Shown: positions 28,564 through 38,170, counted from the first letter of the stretch. The stretch: 45,796 nucleotides of DNA from Algoriphagus sp. (GCA_051269965.1 JBNMFK010000001.1:1-45796); one strand, 5' to 3'. The notes: generated by a model not told the origin, from the letters alone. Numbers and translations are program-made.

Positions 28564-30072
28564 ATGAAAAGAAGAGATTTTATAAAAAGTGTAGGATGCG
28601 GTGCAATGGGATCTACTACGCTGCTCAACACCATTGCTAACCTTGGTGTTATGAATGGGGCCATGGCAAATACCTCTTTTAATCCAGAAATAGACGATTA
28701 TAAAGCCATTGTTTGTGTATTACTTTCTGGAGGCTTGGACTCATACAATATGCTTATACCTGGAGGGACTGATGAATCGGGCGATAATGGATTTAATGAA
28801 TACAGAGCTTTAAGGACAGACTTGGCCATTCAAAATATTGAGGATGTTAATCTTTTCACTAATCCACAGCATGTGGGCATTCGTGGACTAAACAATGCCT
28901 ATGATTCATTTGGGGTGCACACCCAAATGCCTGAAATGAAAACGCTTTTTGACGCTGGGAATTTAGCTTATATGTCTAATATTGGTACTTTGGTAGAGCC
29001 TTTAATGTCTATAGCAGACTATCAAAACAGTGCGAAAAAGAGACCTCTTGGGATTTATTCACATTCTGATCAACAAATGCAGTGGCAAACCTCTGTACCA
29101 CAAAGTAGAGATGCTTTGGGGGTGGGTGGTAGGATGGCAGATTTGCTTCATGCGACGAATACCAATCAGGAACTTAGCATGAATTTGTCTCTTGACGGTA
29201 AAAATATTTTTCAGAGAGGAAAGGATCTTTCGGAATACGCTATACGTTCAGATATTAATTCGAATAATGTGGGTTTTGAATCTTTTCCGAGTTCTTGGAA
29301 TGATGCGGGTTACATGAATCAATTGCGAAATAATGCGATTGATAATATGATGTCTGATACCTATGCGAATCTTCTACAAAAGACGTATGCTACGACAGCC
29401 AGAACATCTATTGCAGCATTTGATGCGTTTAAAGCAGCCCTTTCCAAAGTGCCTTCTTTTACAACGAGTTTTCCGGACACCAACATAGCTGACGACTTTT
29501 CTGCGATCAGTCGGGTCATGTCTGTTAGGGAGGAACTGGGAGTTAAAAGACAGATCTTTTTTGTGAACTATGGTGGCTGGGATATGCATAATAATCTGGT
29601 GGATGGCTTAACTGCTAGATTACCTAATGTGAGTCAAGCTTTAAAGGCATTTTATGATAGAACTGTAGAATTAGGCATTGCAGATAAAGTGACAACTTAT
29701 ACTATTTCAGATTTTGCAAGAACCATCACTTCAAATGGCCAAGGTTCAGACCATGGCTGGGGTGGGAATAGTATAGTTATGGGAGGAGCTGTAAATGGTG
29801 GCAAAATATATGGAGGATTCCCACAAATGAGTCTTTTTAATAATCCTCAAAATGTATCCTTTAGAGGAAACTTTATCCCTTCCGTTTCTACAGATGAGCT
29901 TTACGCCGAACTTGCCTTATGGTATGGCGTAAGTCCTGCGGATTTATGCTATGTGACACCTAACCTTGGTAATTTTTACAGTTATGCCGCCGGTAATTAT
30001 CCGCTCGGTTTAATGAATATGACCGATGGTATTTCTAATCTGAATAGACCTCAAGACTGCATAGTTTACTGA
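28564..30072 (+). CDS. DUF1501 family protein (DUF1800-associated type), Tat-exported
   Basis: MKRRDFIK Tat signal; DYKAIVCVLLSGGLDSYNMLIP, NIGTLVEP, YSHSDQQ, GGWDMH, SDFART, GSDHGWGG, GGAVNGG. Confidence 0.92.
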   Translation: MKRRDFIKSVGCGAMGSTTLLNTIANLGVMNGAMANTSFNPEIDDYKAIVCVLLSGGLDSYNMLIPGGTDESGDNGFNEYRALRTDLAIQNIEDVNLFTNPQHVGIRGLNNAYDSFGVHTQMPEMKTLFDAGNLAYMSNIGTLVEPLMSIADYQNSAKKRPLGIYSHSDQQMQWQTSVPQSRDALGVGGRMADLLHATNTNQELSMNLSLDGKNIFQRGKDLSEYAIRSDINSNNVGFESFPSSWNDAGYMNQLRNNAIDNMMSDTYANLLQKTYATTARTSIAAFDAFKAALSKVPSFTTSFPDTNIADDFSAISRVMSVREELGVKRQIFFVNYGGWDMHNNLVDGLTARLPNVSQALKAFYDRTVELGIADKVTTYTISDFARTITSNGQGSDHGWGGNSIVMGGAVNGGKIYGGFPQMSLFNNPQNVSFRGNFIPSVSTDELYAELALWYGVSPADLCYVTPNLGNFYSYAAGNYPLGLMNMTDGISNLNRPQDCIVY

Positions 30073-30073
30073 T

Positions 30074-32455
30074 ATGAAAAAGAGAATCATAGCTTTTTTA
30101 TTGGGTTTGCTCTCCTTTTATCAAGTAAATGCACAATGTGTGGGTCAGTCGGGCCAAGTAAAATGGCATATATGGCAGAACACTGGTGTTGAGCTTGATA
30201 GTGCCGGTTTAGCTATTAATGAGTTTTATCCAGAAAGTCCTACTCAAACGCTAGTTCTAGGCTCTTTATCTTCTCCTGCCAATTTTGCTGAGTACTATGC
30301 TTCTCTCATTAGAGGGTATATTTCTGTGCCAACAACGGCTTCGTATTATTTCAATATCACAAGTGACGATGGCTCTTCTTTTCATATGAGTACGGATGAA
30401 AGCAAAGCCAATTTGGTAGAAATGGCTCATTTGCCTGGCTATACGGGTGTGACAGAACATAAAAAGTATGAGGCAGACCAAACGTCTCCTTTTACAACCC
30501 TAGTTGGAGGGCAAAACTACTATTTTGAGATTCATCAGTTTGAAGGTGCTTATAGTGATCATCTAAACCTTTATTGGCGTATTCCAGATGCCCCAGATAT
30601 GGATACCCTATGGCAAATTGTTGACTTTAATTACATCAAAGATTTTGATTGTGAGATTAGTTGCCCTCAAAGAGGAATAGCCTGTAATGATGGTAATGCA
30701 CAAACAACAAACGACCAGCAAGACGGCCATTGTAACTGTGTCGGCACCTACCCATCTTCCAATCCAGATGTTGGTGAAAGAGGCCTTGTAGAGGCATATT
30801 ACTATGATAACATTGATGGAAACTACGTTGAAAACGATCTAATTGATGCTCCAAATTTCCCTTTGGTACCTGACAGGAAAGAAGAGCTTGAGGGAGCCTA
30901 TGGGCCATTAAATGTCAATACCAATAGCGATTATGGGACTTTGGTACAAGGTTACTTAACCGTTCCAGTGACTGGCCAATACGAATTTAACATCACAGGA
31001 GACAACCAAACCTTTTTTTTTCTAAGTAAAAATGACTCCGTTCAATATAAGCAAAGCAGTCAGGCTTTGGTGTATTATAGCTCCTATAACACGGAACATG
31101 ACAAGTCGGTCTTTCAAAGTATCGGGCCAATTCAGCTAGAAGTTGGGAGATACTATTACTATGAATTCAGGCATAAGGAGAATAGCTATAACGATTTCTT
31201 CAACCTACACTGGAAAACGCCTTTTCAAAATAAAAAGGGATGGAAGCGGATACCCAAGTTTTATCTCTTCGATTATACAGCCGAAATAGCCTGTATAGCT
31301 CAAGGTACACCTTGTGACGACGGTAATACAAATACCAACAATGATGTCATTCTGGCCAACTGCGACTGCGTGGGAACGCCATGCTCCGGCCCAGACTGTG
31401 ATGACCAACTGGCGAGCTATAATTTTTACGAAAAGGCAAAAGCTACTACGAGTGTAGTGAGTACTGCAAATAACTCATGGCTCTCTTGCGGAGTGAATTC
31501 AGCAAATCCAAATACGGAAAGAGCGGTACAAACCAATTGGATTTTATATGATTTTACGCATCAATATAAATTTCGAGACACCAGAATATGGAATTATAAT
31601 GTGGCCGCAGAAACGATCAAAGGCTTTAAAAACGTCTTGGTAGATTATTCCATTGATGGGGCTACTTGGATACCCCATGGAGGCATTTATGTCTGGCCAC
31701 AGGCACCTGGAGTCTCAGATTATGCGGGTTTTGCTGGACCAAACTTTAACGATATTAAAGCAAGATATATTCTCATTTCTGCCGTAGATAATCATGGTGA
31801 TGCGAGCTGTTCGGGTTTTAGTAAAATCAGTTTTGATGCTCTTCAATGTGATGAAAAAGATACGCCTTGCGATGACCAGGATCCGCTGACAACGTATGAT
31901 AAATTTGATGATAATTGCAACTGTCTTGGCATAGATTTAAACTGTGCTTCAGACACGCTAGACCTTATAAAGGAGACTTTAGCAGATGGAGCCTTTAAGG
32001 CTAAAATGCGTATCAAGTCTGAGAGTTTACTGCCAAATACCACCAATATTAGTTTTACTGCAGGGAACAGTATTGTTCTTCTACCAGGTTTTGAGGTCTC
32101 TGCGCAGGCTGTTTTTACAGCAGATATAGAGAACTGCATTCAGGTGGCTTTTCAAGCAAACCAAGTTTCGGAGAAAAAGAAGGTTCAGGAGGTTTCTATG
32201 GGTCCGGGTATTTTGGAAAATGACAGCAGACAGGGTATAAAGAAAGTTATCTTTAGACTTAATGAGGCAGGCGATGTTAAATTGATACTTAAAGATGATA
32301 AGGGTAAAATCTTAGCGATTATTATCGACAGTTATTATCAGAATTTAGGAACACAGATAAAGTACATCCCTACCAATAGACTGAAAGCCGGGACGTATAC
32401 CATAGAGCTAAAGATTAATGGCAATGTGGTGACAGAAATCTTTACCACGGAATAA
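30074..32455 (+). CDS. Secreted multidomain protein: two PA14 domains, discoidin-like domain, Cys-rich linkers, C-terminal AG.SI.L.PGF domain and T9SS-like CTD
   Basis: Signal peptide ending VNA-Q; PA14 motifs GYISVP....Y.F.ITSDD and GYLTVP.TG.YEF.ITGDN; WILYDF...IWNYN...VDYS.DG.TW...ARY; LKAGTYTIELKING tail. Confidence 0.8.
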   Translation: MKKRIIAFLLGLLSFYQVNAQCVGQSGQVKWHIWQNTGVELDSAGLAINEFYPESPTQTLVLGSLSSPANFAEYYASLIRGYISVPTTASYYFNITSDDGSSFHMSTDESKANLVEMAHLPGYTGVTEHKKYEADQTSPFTTLVGGQNYYFEIHQFEGAYSDHLNLYWRIPDAPDMDTLWQIVDFNYIKDFDCEISCPQRGIACNDGNAQTTNDQQDGHCNCVGTYPSSNPDVGERGLVEAYYYDNIDGNYVENDLIDAPNFPLVPDRKEELEGAYGPLNVNTNSDYGTLVQGYLTVPVTGQYEFNITGDNQTFFFLSKNDSVQYKQSSQALVYYSSYNTEHDKSVFQSIGPIQLEVGRYYYYEFRHKENSYNDFFNLHWKTPFQNKKGWKRIPKFYLFDYTAEIACIAQGTPCDDGNTNTNNDVILANCDCVGTPCSGPDCDDQLASYNFYEKAKATTSVVSTANNSWLSCGVNSANPNTERAVQTNWILYDFTHQYKFRDTRIWNYNVAAETIKGFKNVLVDYSIDGATWIPHGGIYVWPQAPGVSDYAGFAGPNFNDIKARYILISAVDNHGDASCSGFSKISFDALQCDEKDTPCDDQDPLTTYDKFDDNCNCLGIDLNCASDTLDLIKETLADGAFKAKMRIKSESLLPNTTNISFTAGNSIVLLPGFEVSAQAVFTADIENCIQVAFQANQVSEKKKVQEVSMGPGILENDSRQGIKKVIFRLNEAGDVKLILKDDKGKILAIIIDSYYQNLGTQIKYIPTNRLKAGTYTIELKINGNVVTEIFTTE
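30662..31930 (+). repeat. Three Cys-rich peptide repeats C-x6-C(N/D)D-x4-T-x2-D-x5-C-x-C-x-G
   Basis: CPQRGIACNDGNAQTTNDQQDGHCNCVG (~30662), CIAQGTPCDDGNTNTNNDVILANCDCVG (~31292), CDEKDTPCDDQDPLTTYDKFDDNCNCLG (~31847). Confidence 0.85.
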
Positions 32456-32467
32456 ACGAACTTTGAA

Positions 32468-33835
32468 TTGAGTATAAAAAGCCTAGTCTTTAGCCTCTTC
32501 TTCCTCCTAAGTACTCCTTTACACGCACAAGTCACCCTAGAATTGGGAGCTGAAATGGACAACTCCATTTTTTCTGAAAATTCTGCCAAGAGCAACGGTG
32601 CAGGTATCAACATTTTCGCGGGGAAAATCCAGAATGGCTCTGCTTTCAGAAGAGGTCTGATAAAATTTGATATATCTGGTTTACCAGAAGATATTATAAT
32701 AAAGTCTGTATTCTTAGAACTTTATGTATACCGGTCAGCCCGCAATACCACTACAGCCCATAAGTTTAAAATACATAAAATTTTAGAGAGTTGGGGCGAG
32801 GCAGGTAGTACAGGGAACGGGGCTGGATCACCCGCTCAAATAGGCGATGCTACATGGTCACAACGTTTTTACCCAAATACAAATTGGAATGTTGCAGGTG
32901 GTGATTTTGAGCCTATCTCATCGGCTGAGGCTTTTGCATCATATAATTCTATAGTTCTAAATAAAGCTGAATGGTCATCTAATAAAATGATATCGGATAT
33001 TAATTCTTGGATTGAAAATCCAAGTGCAAATTACGGTTGGATTTTAATTGGCGACGAAACCATTAATGGTTCGGCAAAGGGTTTTGCCTCAAGAGAGTTG
33101 GCACCTCCATTGGATTATGGAAGACCTAAACTCAAAATTACCTATACCATCCCCTCTGATCATAAGATCACAATCAATGAGCTAAACCCAAATAAGAAAT
33201 GGGTAGAGTTATATAATCCGGATTCTGTTTCGATAGACTTAAGTGGGTATACGGTTGTAAATGGGATGGATACCTCAACACTTTCAGGAGGCAACGTTGA
33301 ATTATTAAATGGGAGTTTAATGCTAGATTCTGCTGCCTATGTAGTCTTTAAATGGCCAAACATTGGTGAAAGCATAGGTGAATTGTCCTTATTTAGTGCG
33401 GATACTACTTCAGGTGATTTGATAGATTACCTTCAATATGGATCTGGGAATCAAGCTCATGCAGCCAAAGCGGTTACTGCAGGTGTCTGGGATAATGTCG
33501 CAAGTTTTAAATCCTCTATTTCTGACAGTGTCAAGAGTTTTTCTTTAAGTATAGGTCAAACATTTTTAAACGGTACAGAATCAAATTCAACGCATTGGCT
33601 TACGCAATTTGAAACCCCCACCTATATTAATAATCCATGTTTGGGCAGTTTAAGTCTGAAGGGTAATTTAATAGAAGCAAATTATTACGCATTAGATTCC
33701 ATTCAAGTTACAGGCATTTTAACATCTCCAAAAGAGATACTGATTGATGCAGGAAAGGCAGTAAACCTTAATCCTGGCCTACTCATTGAAAGCGGAAATG
33801 TTTTTGGAGTGGAGATTAGTGGCTGTCTAGAATAG
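32468..33835 (+). CDS. Secreted DNRLRE (CBM96-like) and lamin-tail-like domain protein with GC-terminated C-terminal domain
   Basis: TTG start, signal ending LHA-Q; DNSIFSE, RRGLIKFDIS, ATW, W...GGDF, WI.NP..NYGWIL, F.SRE, PKL.ITY; ITINEL....WVELYN...IDLSGY; ends AGKAVNLNPGLLIESGNVFGVEISGCLE. Confidence 0.78.
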   Translation: MSIKSLVFSLFFLLSTPLHAQVTLELGAEMDNSIFSENSAKSNGAGINIFAGKIQNGSAFRRGLIKFDISGLPEDIIIKSVFLELYVYRSARNTTTAHKFKIHKILESWGEAGSTGNGAGSPAQIGDATWSQRFYPNTNWNVAGGDFEPISSAEAFASYNSIVLNKAEWSSNKMISDINSWIENPSANYGWILIGDETINGSAKGFASRELAPPLDYGRPKLKITYTIPSDHKITINELNPNKKWVELYNPDSVSIDLSGYTVVNGMDTSTLSGGNVELLNGSLMLDSAAYVVFKWPNIGESIGELSLFSADTTSGDLIDYLQYGSGNQAHAAKAVTAGVWDNVASFKSSISDSVKSFSLSIGQTFLNGTESNSTHWLTQFETPTYINNPCLGSLSLKGNLIEANYYALDSIQVTGILTSPKEILIDAGKAVNLNPGLLIESGNVFGVEISGCLE

Positions 33836-34768
33836 CTAGGCTGGTTCTGCATTCTGCTTTTGAAAGTACCACATCAATCCTCCAGTTAAAACTAAAGAAG
33901 TAAGTACGGCTGGCATAGGGAAGGTTTCTAATTCTTCTAAGTCGGTACTGATAACGCCAGTATGTGACAGGTAAAATATGACTACTGCAAAGCCATTATT
34001 AAAAATATGAGCGGCAATAGGTACCCAAATATTCCCCGTCCATAGGTAGAAGTAGCCAAAAAGAGCTCCTAGCATTATACGAGGAAGGAAACCATAAAAC
34101 TGCATGTGAATGGCAGAGAAAATTAAGGCTGCTACCCAGATGGCCACGTGTGGGTTACCAAAACCCTTGTAAAGCTTCCGCTGTATTAAACCTCTAAAAA
34201 TGAGTTCTTCACCGATTCCTGCAATTACGGCTATCACCACCAAACCAGTTAGCATTTTCGGCAGGCTATCAAAATTGGTAAGGTACTCTGTAAGCTGTGC
34301 CATGGAATCTTCCATACCTCTAAAAAAGGCTTCTAAACCTGCCATAGATTCTGGAAACTTCATACTTTCGTTTATTTCCTGAAACCAGCCATTAAGCGGC
34401 ATAAAGCAGAGTTGAATAAGAAAAACCGAGACAAATATGAAGGGCTTTGGAATAGCTTTGAAATTTAATTCAGTCAGCTTTTTTTTCTCTACCACACGCC
34501 AGTAAAATACGCCAGCTCCTACAAAAGTTATAAGAGCAGCAGCCCCCTGACCTAGCATTAGGGCCCACCAGCCAGCCTCTGATGCCATCAGTTTGCTGTT
34601 AATGTCTGCCATATCCTCCAAACCTATACCGCCAATTCCAATCATGAGTCCAGCAGCCACCATATTTCCGATCACCATGGCTACCAGCACTATACCTACT
34701 ATGATTAGTGTGCTGGAAAGAGCTGGTCTTTCAGTTTTTAATTTCTCCAGGATGGAATTGAAAGGCAT
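33836..34768 (-). CDS. CPBP (CAAX/Abi) family intramembrane glutamic endopeptidase
   Basis: GEELIFRG, FSAIH, AHIFNN motifs; multiple TM helices. Confidence 0.92.
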   Translation of the reverse strand: MPFNSILEKLKTERPALSSTLIIVGIVLVAMVIGNMVAAGLMIGIGGIGLEDMADINSKLMASEAGWWALMLGQGAAALITFVGAGVFYWRVVEKKKLTELNFKAIPKPFIFVSVFLIQLCFMPLNGWFQEINESMKFPESMAGLEAFFRGMEDSMAQLTEYLTNFDSLPKMLTGLVVIAVIAGIGEELIFRGLIQRKLYKGFGNPHVAIWVAALIFSAIHMQFYGFLPRIMLGALFGYFYLWTGNIWVPIAAHIFNNGFAVVIFYLSHTGVISTDLEELETFPMPAVLTSLVLTGGLMWYFQKQNAEPA

Positions 34769-35036
34769 ATTTTAAGGTTATTATAATGTAAATTTGCATT
34801 TTGGCAAAAATAGCAGTTTTATTCTCACCTTAATGGTAAATCTTTAGATATTGGAAAGCAGGTATTGAACAAAATCAATGCATGCTTTGAGAGTAGAGAA
34901 ACTTTTAAGAAGGGAAAAAAGAATCGAAAAGAAGCTTATCGATAAGGTTAAGATAAAAATGAAATAGGTATAGCGGGCCCCGATGGTGTATCCATGTCTT
35001 GTAAAAGCCTCAGATTTAATTAAAAAGAAATAAATT

Positions 35037-36065
35037 TTGGTCAAAATAGGTAATATAGAACTTGGTGATTTCCCGCTTTTATTAGCACCCATGGAAGATG
35101 TGAGTGATCCTCCTTTCAGACAAGTTTGTAAGGAGAATGGAGCTGATATGATGTACACCGAGTTTATATCTTCGGAGGGCTTGATTCGTGATGCTTATAA
35201 AAGCCGTCAGAAACTTGATATATTTCCTTACGAACGACCTATCGGGGTTCAGCTGTTTGGATCTGATGTGGATACCATGGCTGAGTGTACCAAGATAGCA
35301 TCTGCTGTAAATCCAGATTTGATTGATATTAATTATGGTTGTCCGGTAAAGAAAGTGGCATGCAAAGGAGCAGGTGCAGCACTTTTACAAGACATACCTA
35401 TGATGGTCAAAATGACCGAGGCTGTAGTGAAGGCTACCGATTTACCAGTTACAGTGAAAACACGCTTAGGTTGGAATGAGGAGACCAAGAATATTGAGGA
35501 AGTCGCCGAAAGACTTCAGGATATAGGCATTCAGGCTTTAACAGTGCATGGCCGTACTCGTGCTCAAATGTACAAAGGAGAAGCTGATTGGCGATTGATT
35601 GCTAAAATCAAGGAGAATCCTAGAATTAACATCCCAATTTTTGGAAATGGAGATATTGACTCTCCAGAGAAAGCTTTGATGTATAAAAATAGATACGGGA
35701 TAGATGGCATCATGGTTGGCCGTGCGGCGATTGGTTATCCATGGATTTTTAATGAAATTAAACACTTTTTTGCTACTGGAGAATATTTAGACGCACCATC
35801 TATGCGGCAGCGAGTGGCTGCCTGCAAGCAGCATTTAAAGTTTTCTATCGAATGGAAGAACGAACGTTTGGGCATTCTGGAAATGAGAAGGCATTATTCT
35901 AATTATTTTAGGGGCTTACCACATTTCAAAGAGTACAGAATGCGATTGGTTCTTAGTCTTGAACCAGAGGAATTATATAGTATTTTGGACGAGGTCTTAT
36001 CTGATTTTGACGGCTACTTTTTAGAGTCCAAAGCTAAAAAAGTAGAATATGCTGGCGTGGATTGA
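35037..36065 (+). CDS. dusB: tRNA dihydrouridine synthase DusB
   Basis: LAPMEDVSD, YTEFIS, QLFG, IDINYGCP, PVTVKTR, VHGRT, GNGDI, MVGRAAIGYPW; TTG start. Confidence 0.95.
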   Translation: MVKIGNIELGDFPLLLAPMEDVSDPPFRQVCKENGADMMYTEFISSEGLIRDAYKSRQKLDIFPYERPIGVQLFGSDVDTMAECTKIASAVNPDLIDINYGCPVKKVACKGAGAALLQDIPMMVKMTEAVVKATDLPVTVKTRLGWNEETKNIEEVAERLQDIGIQALTVHGRTRAQMYKGEADWRLIAKIKENPRINIPIFGNGDIDSPEKALMYKNRYGIDGIMVGRAAIGYPWIFNEIKHFFATGEYLDAPSMRQRVAACKQHLKFSIEWKNERLGILEMRRHYSNYFRGLPHFKEYRMRLVLSLEPEELYSILDEVLSDFDGYFLESKAKKVEYAGVD

Positions 36066-36096
36066 TCTATGGTTATCTGTAAAGCGTATCTCAAGC

Positions 36097-36708
36097 ATGC
36101 GATTCAAGTTGAGTCTTCTTTTAATTTTACTAGGGACGACTAATGCCTTTTCTCAAACTAGAGAATATGCCGTAAAGGTCTTAGGAATAAGAGTGGGAAC
36201 AATAATGGCCACTAAAACACCAAAGGGAGAAAGCTTCACTTATGGACTGAGTAGTGAAGTGGATGTCAATTTTTTGGTTTTTAAACTTCACGTTGATTAT
36301 AAGGTGCAGTCAACATTGACCAACAATGGCCTAGCAAACTCCAAAGTATCGGTAATCTCAAACAGGGGAAATTACACAACAGAAACATCAAAAACGGCAA
36401 CCGGCTTCATGGCTAATTGCCAACGACCCGAAAACGTAATCAAAAAAGAAATTGATGATAAGATTCTGGCTACTTTTGCCAGTGCATTCTTCCACGAGCC
36501 TATCGCCTTAGATCAAATTTATGCTGAATTTTATGCAGACTTCATTCAAATGACATGGCTTGGCGAAGGTAAATATCAAGGTGTTTTGAATAAAAACGTT
36601 GATGAGTTTCATTATGAAAATGGACTTCTGGTGAAACTAATAAAGATAAATCCAATTACAAATATGGTGATTGAGTATCAGCCGATGCCAAATAAAACTG
36701 CACGCTAA
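36097..36708 (+). CDS. Secreted hypothetical protein (DUF6134-like)
   Basis: Likely ATG 36097 with signal MRFKLSLLLILLGTTNAFS; Y.V...G..VG, FF.EP, YAE...F, F.Y.NG.L pattern. Confidence 0.6.
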   Translation: MRFKLSLLLILLGTTNAFSQTREYAVKVLGIRVGTIMATKTPKGESFTYGLSSEVDVNFLVFKLHVDYKVQSTLTNNGLANSKVSVISNRGNYTTETSKTATGFMANCQRPENVIKKEIDDKILATFASAFFHEPIALDQIYAEFYADFIQMTWLGEGKYQGVLNKNVDEFHYENGLLVKLIKINPITNMVIEYQPMPNKTAR

Positions 36709-36778
36709 ATTTTGATTTTGAAGAGGTGGGTATGAATCTTTGCAGCTATATTAGCCTAAAGAAAAATAACTTTGTTCA

Positions 36779-38170
36779 ATGCGTCCTATCTTTTGCCTTT
36801 TATTTCTGATGTCTACCACCTTGGTGGCACAATTACCCAAATTAAAAGTTTCTGAAAACAAACGGTTTCTTCAAACAGAAGATGGGAAACCATTTTTCTG
36901 GACAGGTGATACAGCCTGGGAGCTTTTTCATAAACTCACGAAAGAAGAGGCCTATAGCTATTTGGAAAAACGAGCATCACAAGGCTTTAATGTCGTTCAA
37001 GCTGTAGTTCTGGCAGAGCTTGATGGCCTTCAAACCCCAAATAGAAATGGCGATTTACCTTTTCAGTCTTTAGAGACTTTAAAGCCAAATGTGCCTTACT
37101 TTACGCACATAGAGGCCATCATGGCTAAGGCAGATTCCTTAGGAATTTACATTGCTTTTTTACCTACTTGGGGCGATAAATTATATAAAAACTCTTGGGG
37201 TAAAGGCCCTGAGATATTTACTCCAGAGGCCGCTTTTACTTATGGTAAATGGCTCGGACTTAGGTTTAGAGCACAGAATAATATAATCTGGGTTTTAGGA
37301 GGTGATAGAAACCCAAGAGAAAAGAGCAAGGATGTGAAAGTTTGGAGAGAAATGGCCAAAGGTATTGAAGATGGTTTGGGTATTTTTGGCAGTGGTATTT
37401 TCACCTTTCACCCACAACCTACCGCTACTGGAGGCTCGTCTAACTGGTTTCATAAAGATAAATGGTTGGACTTTAATATGCATCAGACGGGACACTGCCC
37501 AGACGGTTTCACCTACAAAAAAATTAGTCATGATTATAACCTGAAACCTATAAAGCCAACCTTAGATAGCGAGCCACTCTATGAAGATCATCCTAATTGC
37601 TTCAATGCTAAAGAGCTTGGTTATGGCGTAGCGAGTGATATCAGACGAATCATGTTTTGGAATGTTTTTGCTGGAGCCTTCGGGCAATCATATGGCTGTC
37701 ATGATGTTTGGCAAATGTATAATGGAGACGAAGATACTGGTGTTAATGGTCCGCTCAGACCTTGGAAAGTAGCTTTAGATTTACCAATGGCTAATCAAAT
37801 CAAACATTTGAAGCACCTGATGCTTTCAAGGCCTTTCTTTGATAGAATCCCAGATCAAGGTCTTGTTGACAGTGAGCAAGAAGATAATGGAGATTATGTC
37901 ATAGGTACAAGAGACGAATCTGGGACTTATGCTTTCATTTACTTCCCTACGGGTAAAACGGTAAATATTAACACGAAGAGCCTTACGGGCCAAAAGCTGA
38001 AAGCAACGTGGTATGACCCACGAACGGGAGCTTCTTTTGTACTTGGGCAAACACAGAACTTTGGTTCCTTCTCGGCTTCGCCTCCGTCTTCAGGTAAAGG
38101 AAACGATTGGGTACTGGTGATAGATGATGCCACCAAAGGGTATGATAAGCCTGGCACAGTAGCGTATTAA
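36779..38170 (+). CDS. Glycoside hydrolase family 140-like (apiosidase-like, DUF4038 plus C-terminal collagen-binding-like domain)
   Basis: VSENKRFL...DGKPFFWTGDTAW, QGFNVVQ, NIIWVLGGD, WLDFNMHQTGH, KPTLDSEPLYE, YGCHDVWQ, WYDPRTG, DWVLV. Confidence 0.88.
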   Translation: MRPIFCLLFLMSTTLVAQLPKLKVSENKRFLQTEDGKPFFWTGDTAWELFHKLTKEEAYSYLEKRASQGFNVVQAVVLAELDGLQTPNRNGDLPFQSLETLKPNVPYFTHIEAIMAKADSLGIYIAFLPTWGDKLYKNSWGKGPEIFTPEAAFTYGKWLGLRFRAQNNIIWVLGGDRNPREKSKDVKVWREMAKGIEDGLGIFGSGIFTFHPQPTATGGSSNWFHKDKWLDFNMHQTGHCPDGFTYKKISHDYNLKPIKPTLDSEPLYEDHPNCFNAKELGYGVASDIRRIMFWNVFAGAFGQSYGCHDVWQMYNGDEDTGVNGPLRPWKVALDLPMANQIKHLKHLMLSRPFFDRIPDQGLVDSEQEDNGDYVIGTRDESGTYAFIYFPTGKTVNINTKSLTGQKLKATWYDPRTGASFVLGQTQNFGSFSASPPSSGKGNDWVLVIDDATKGYDKPGTVAY

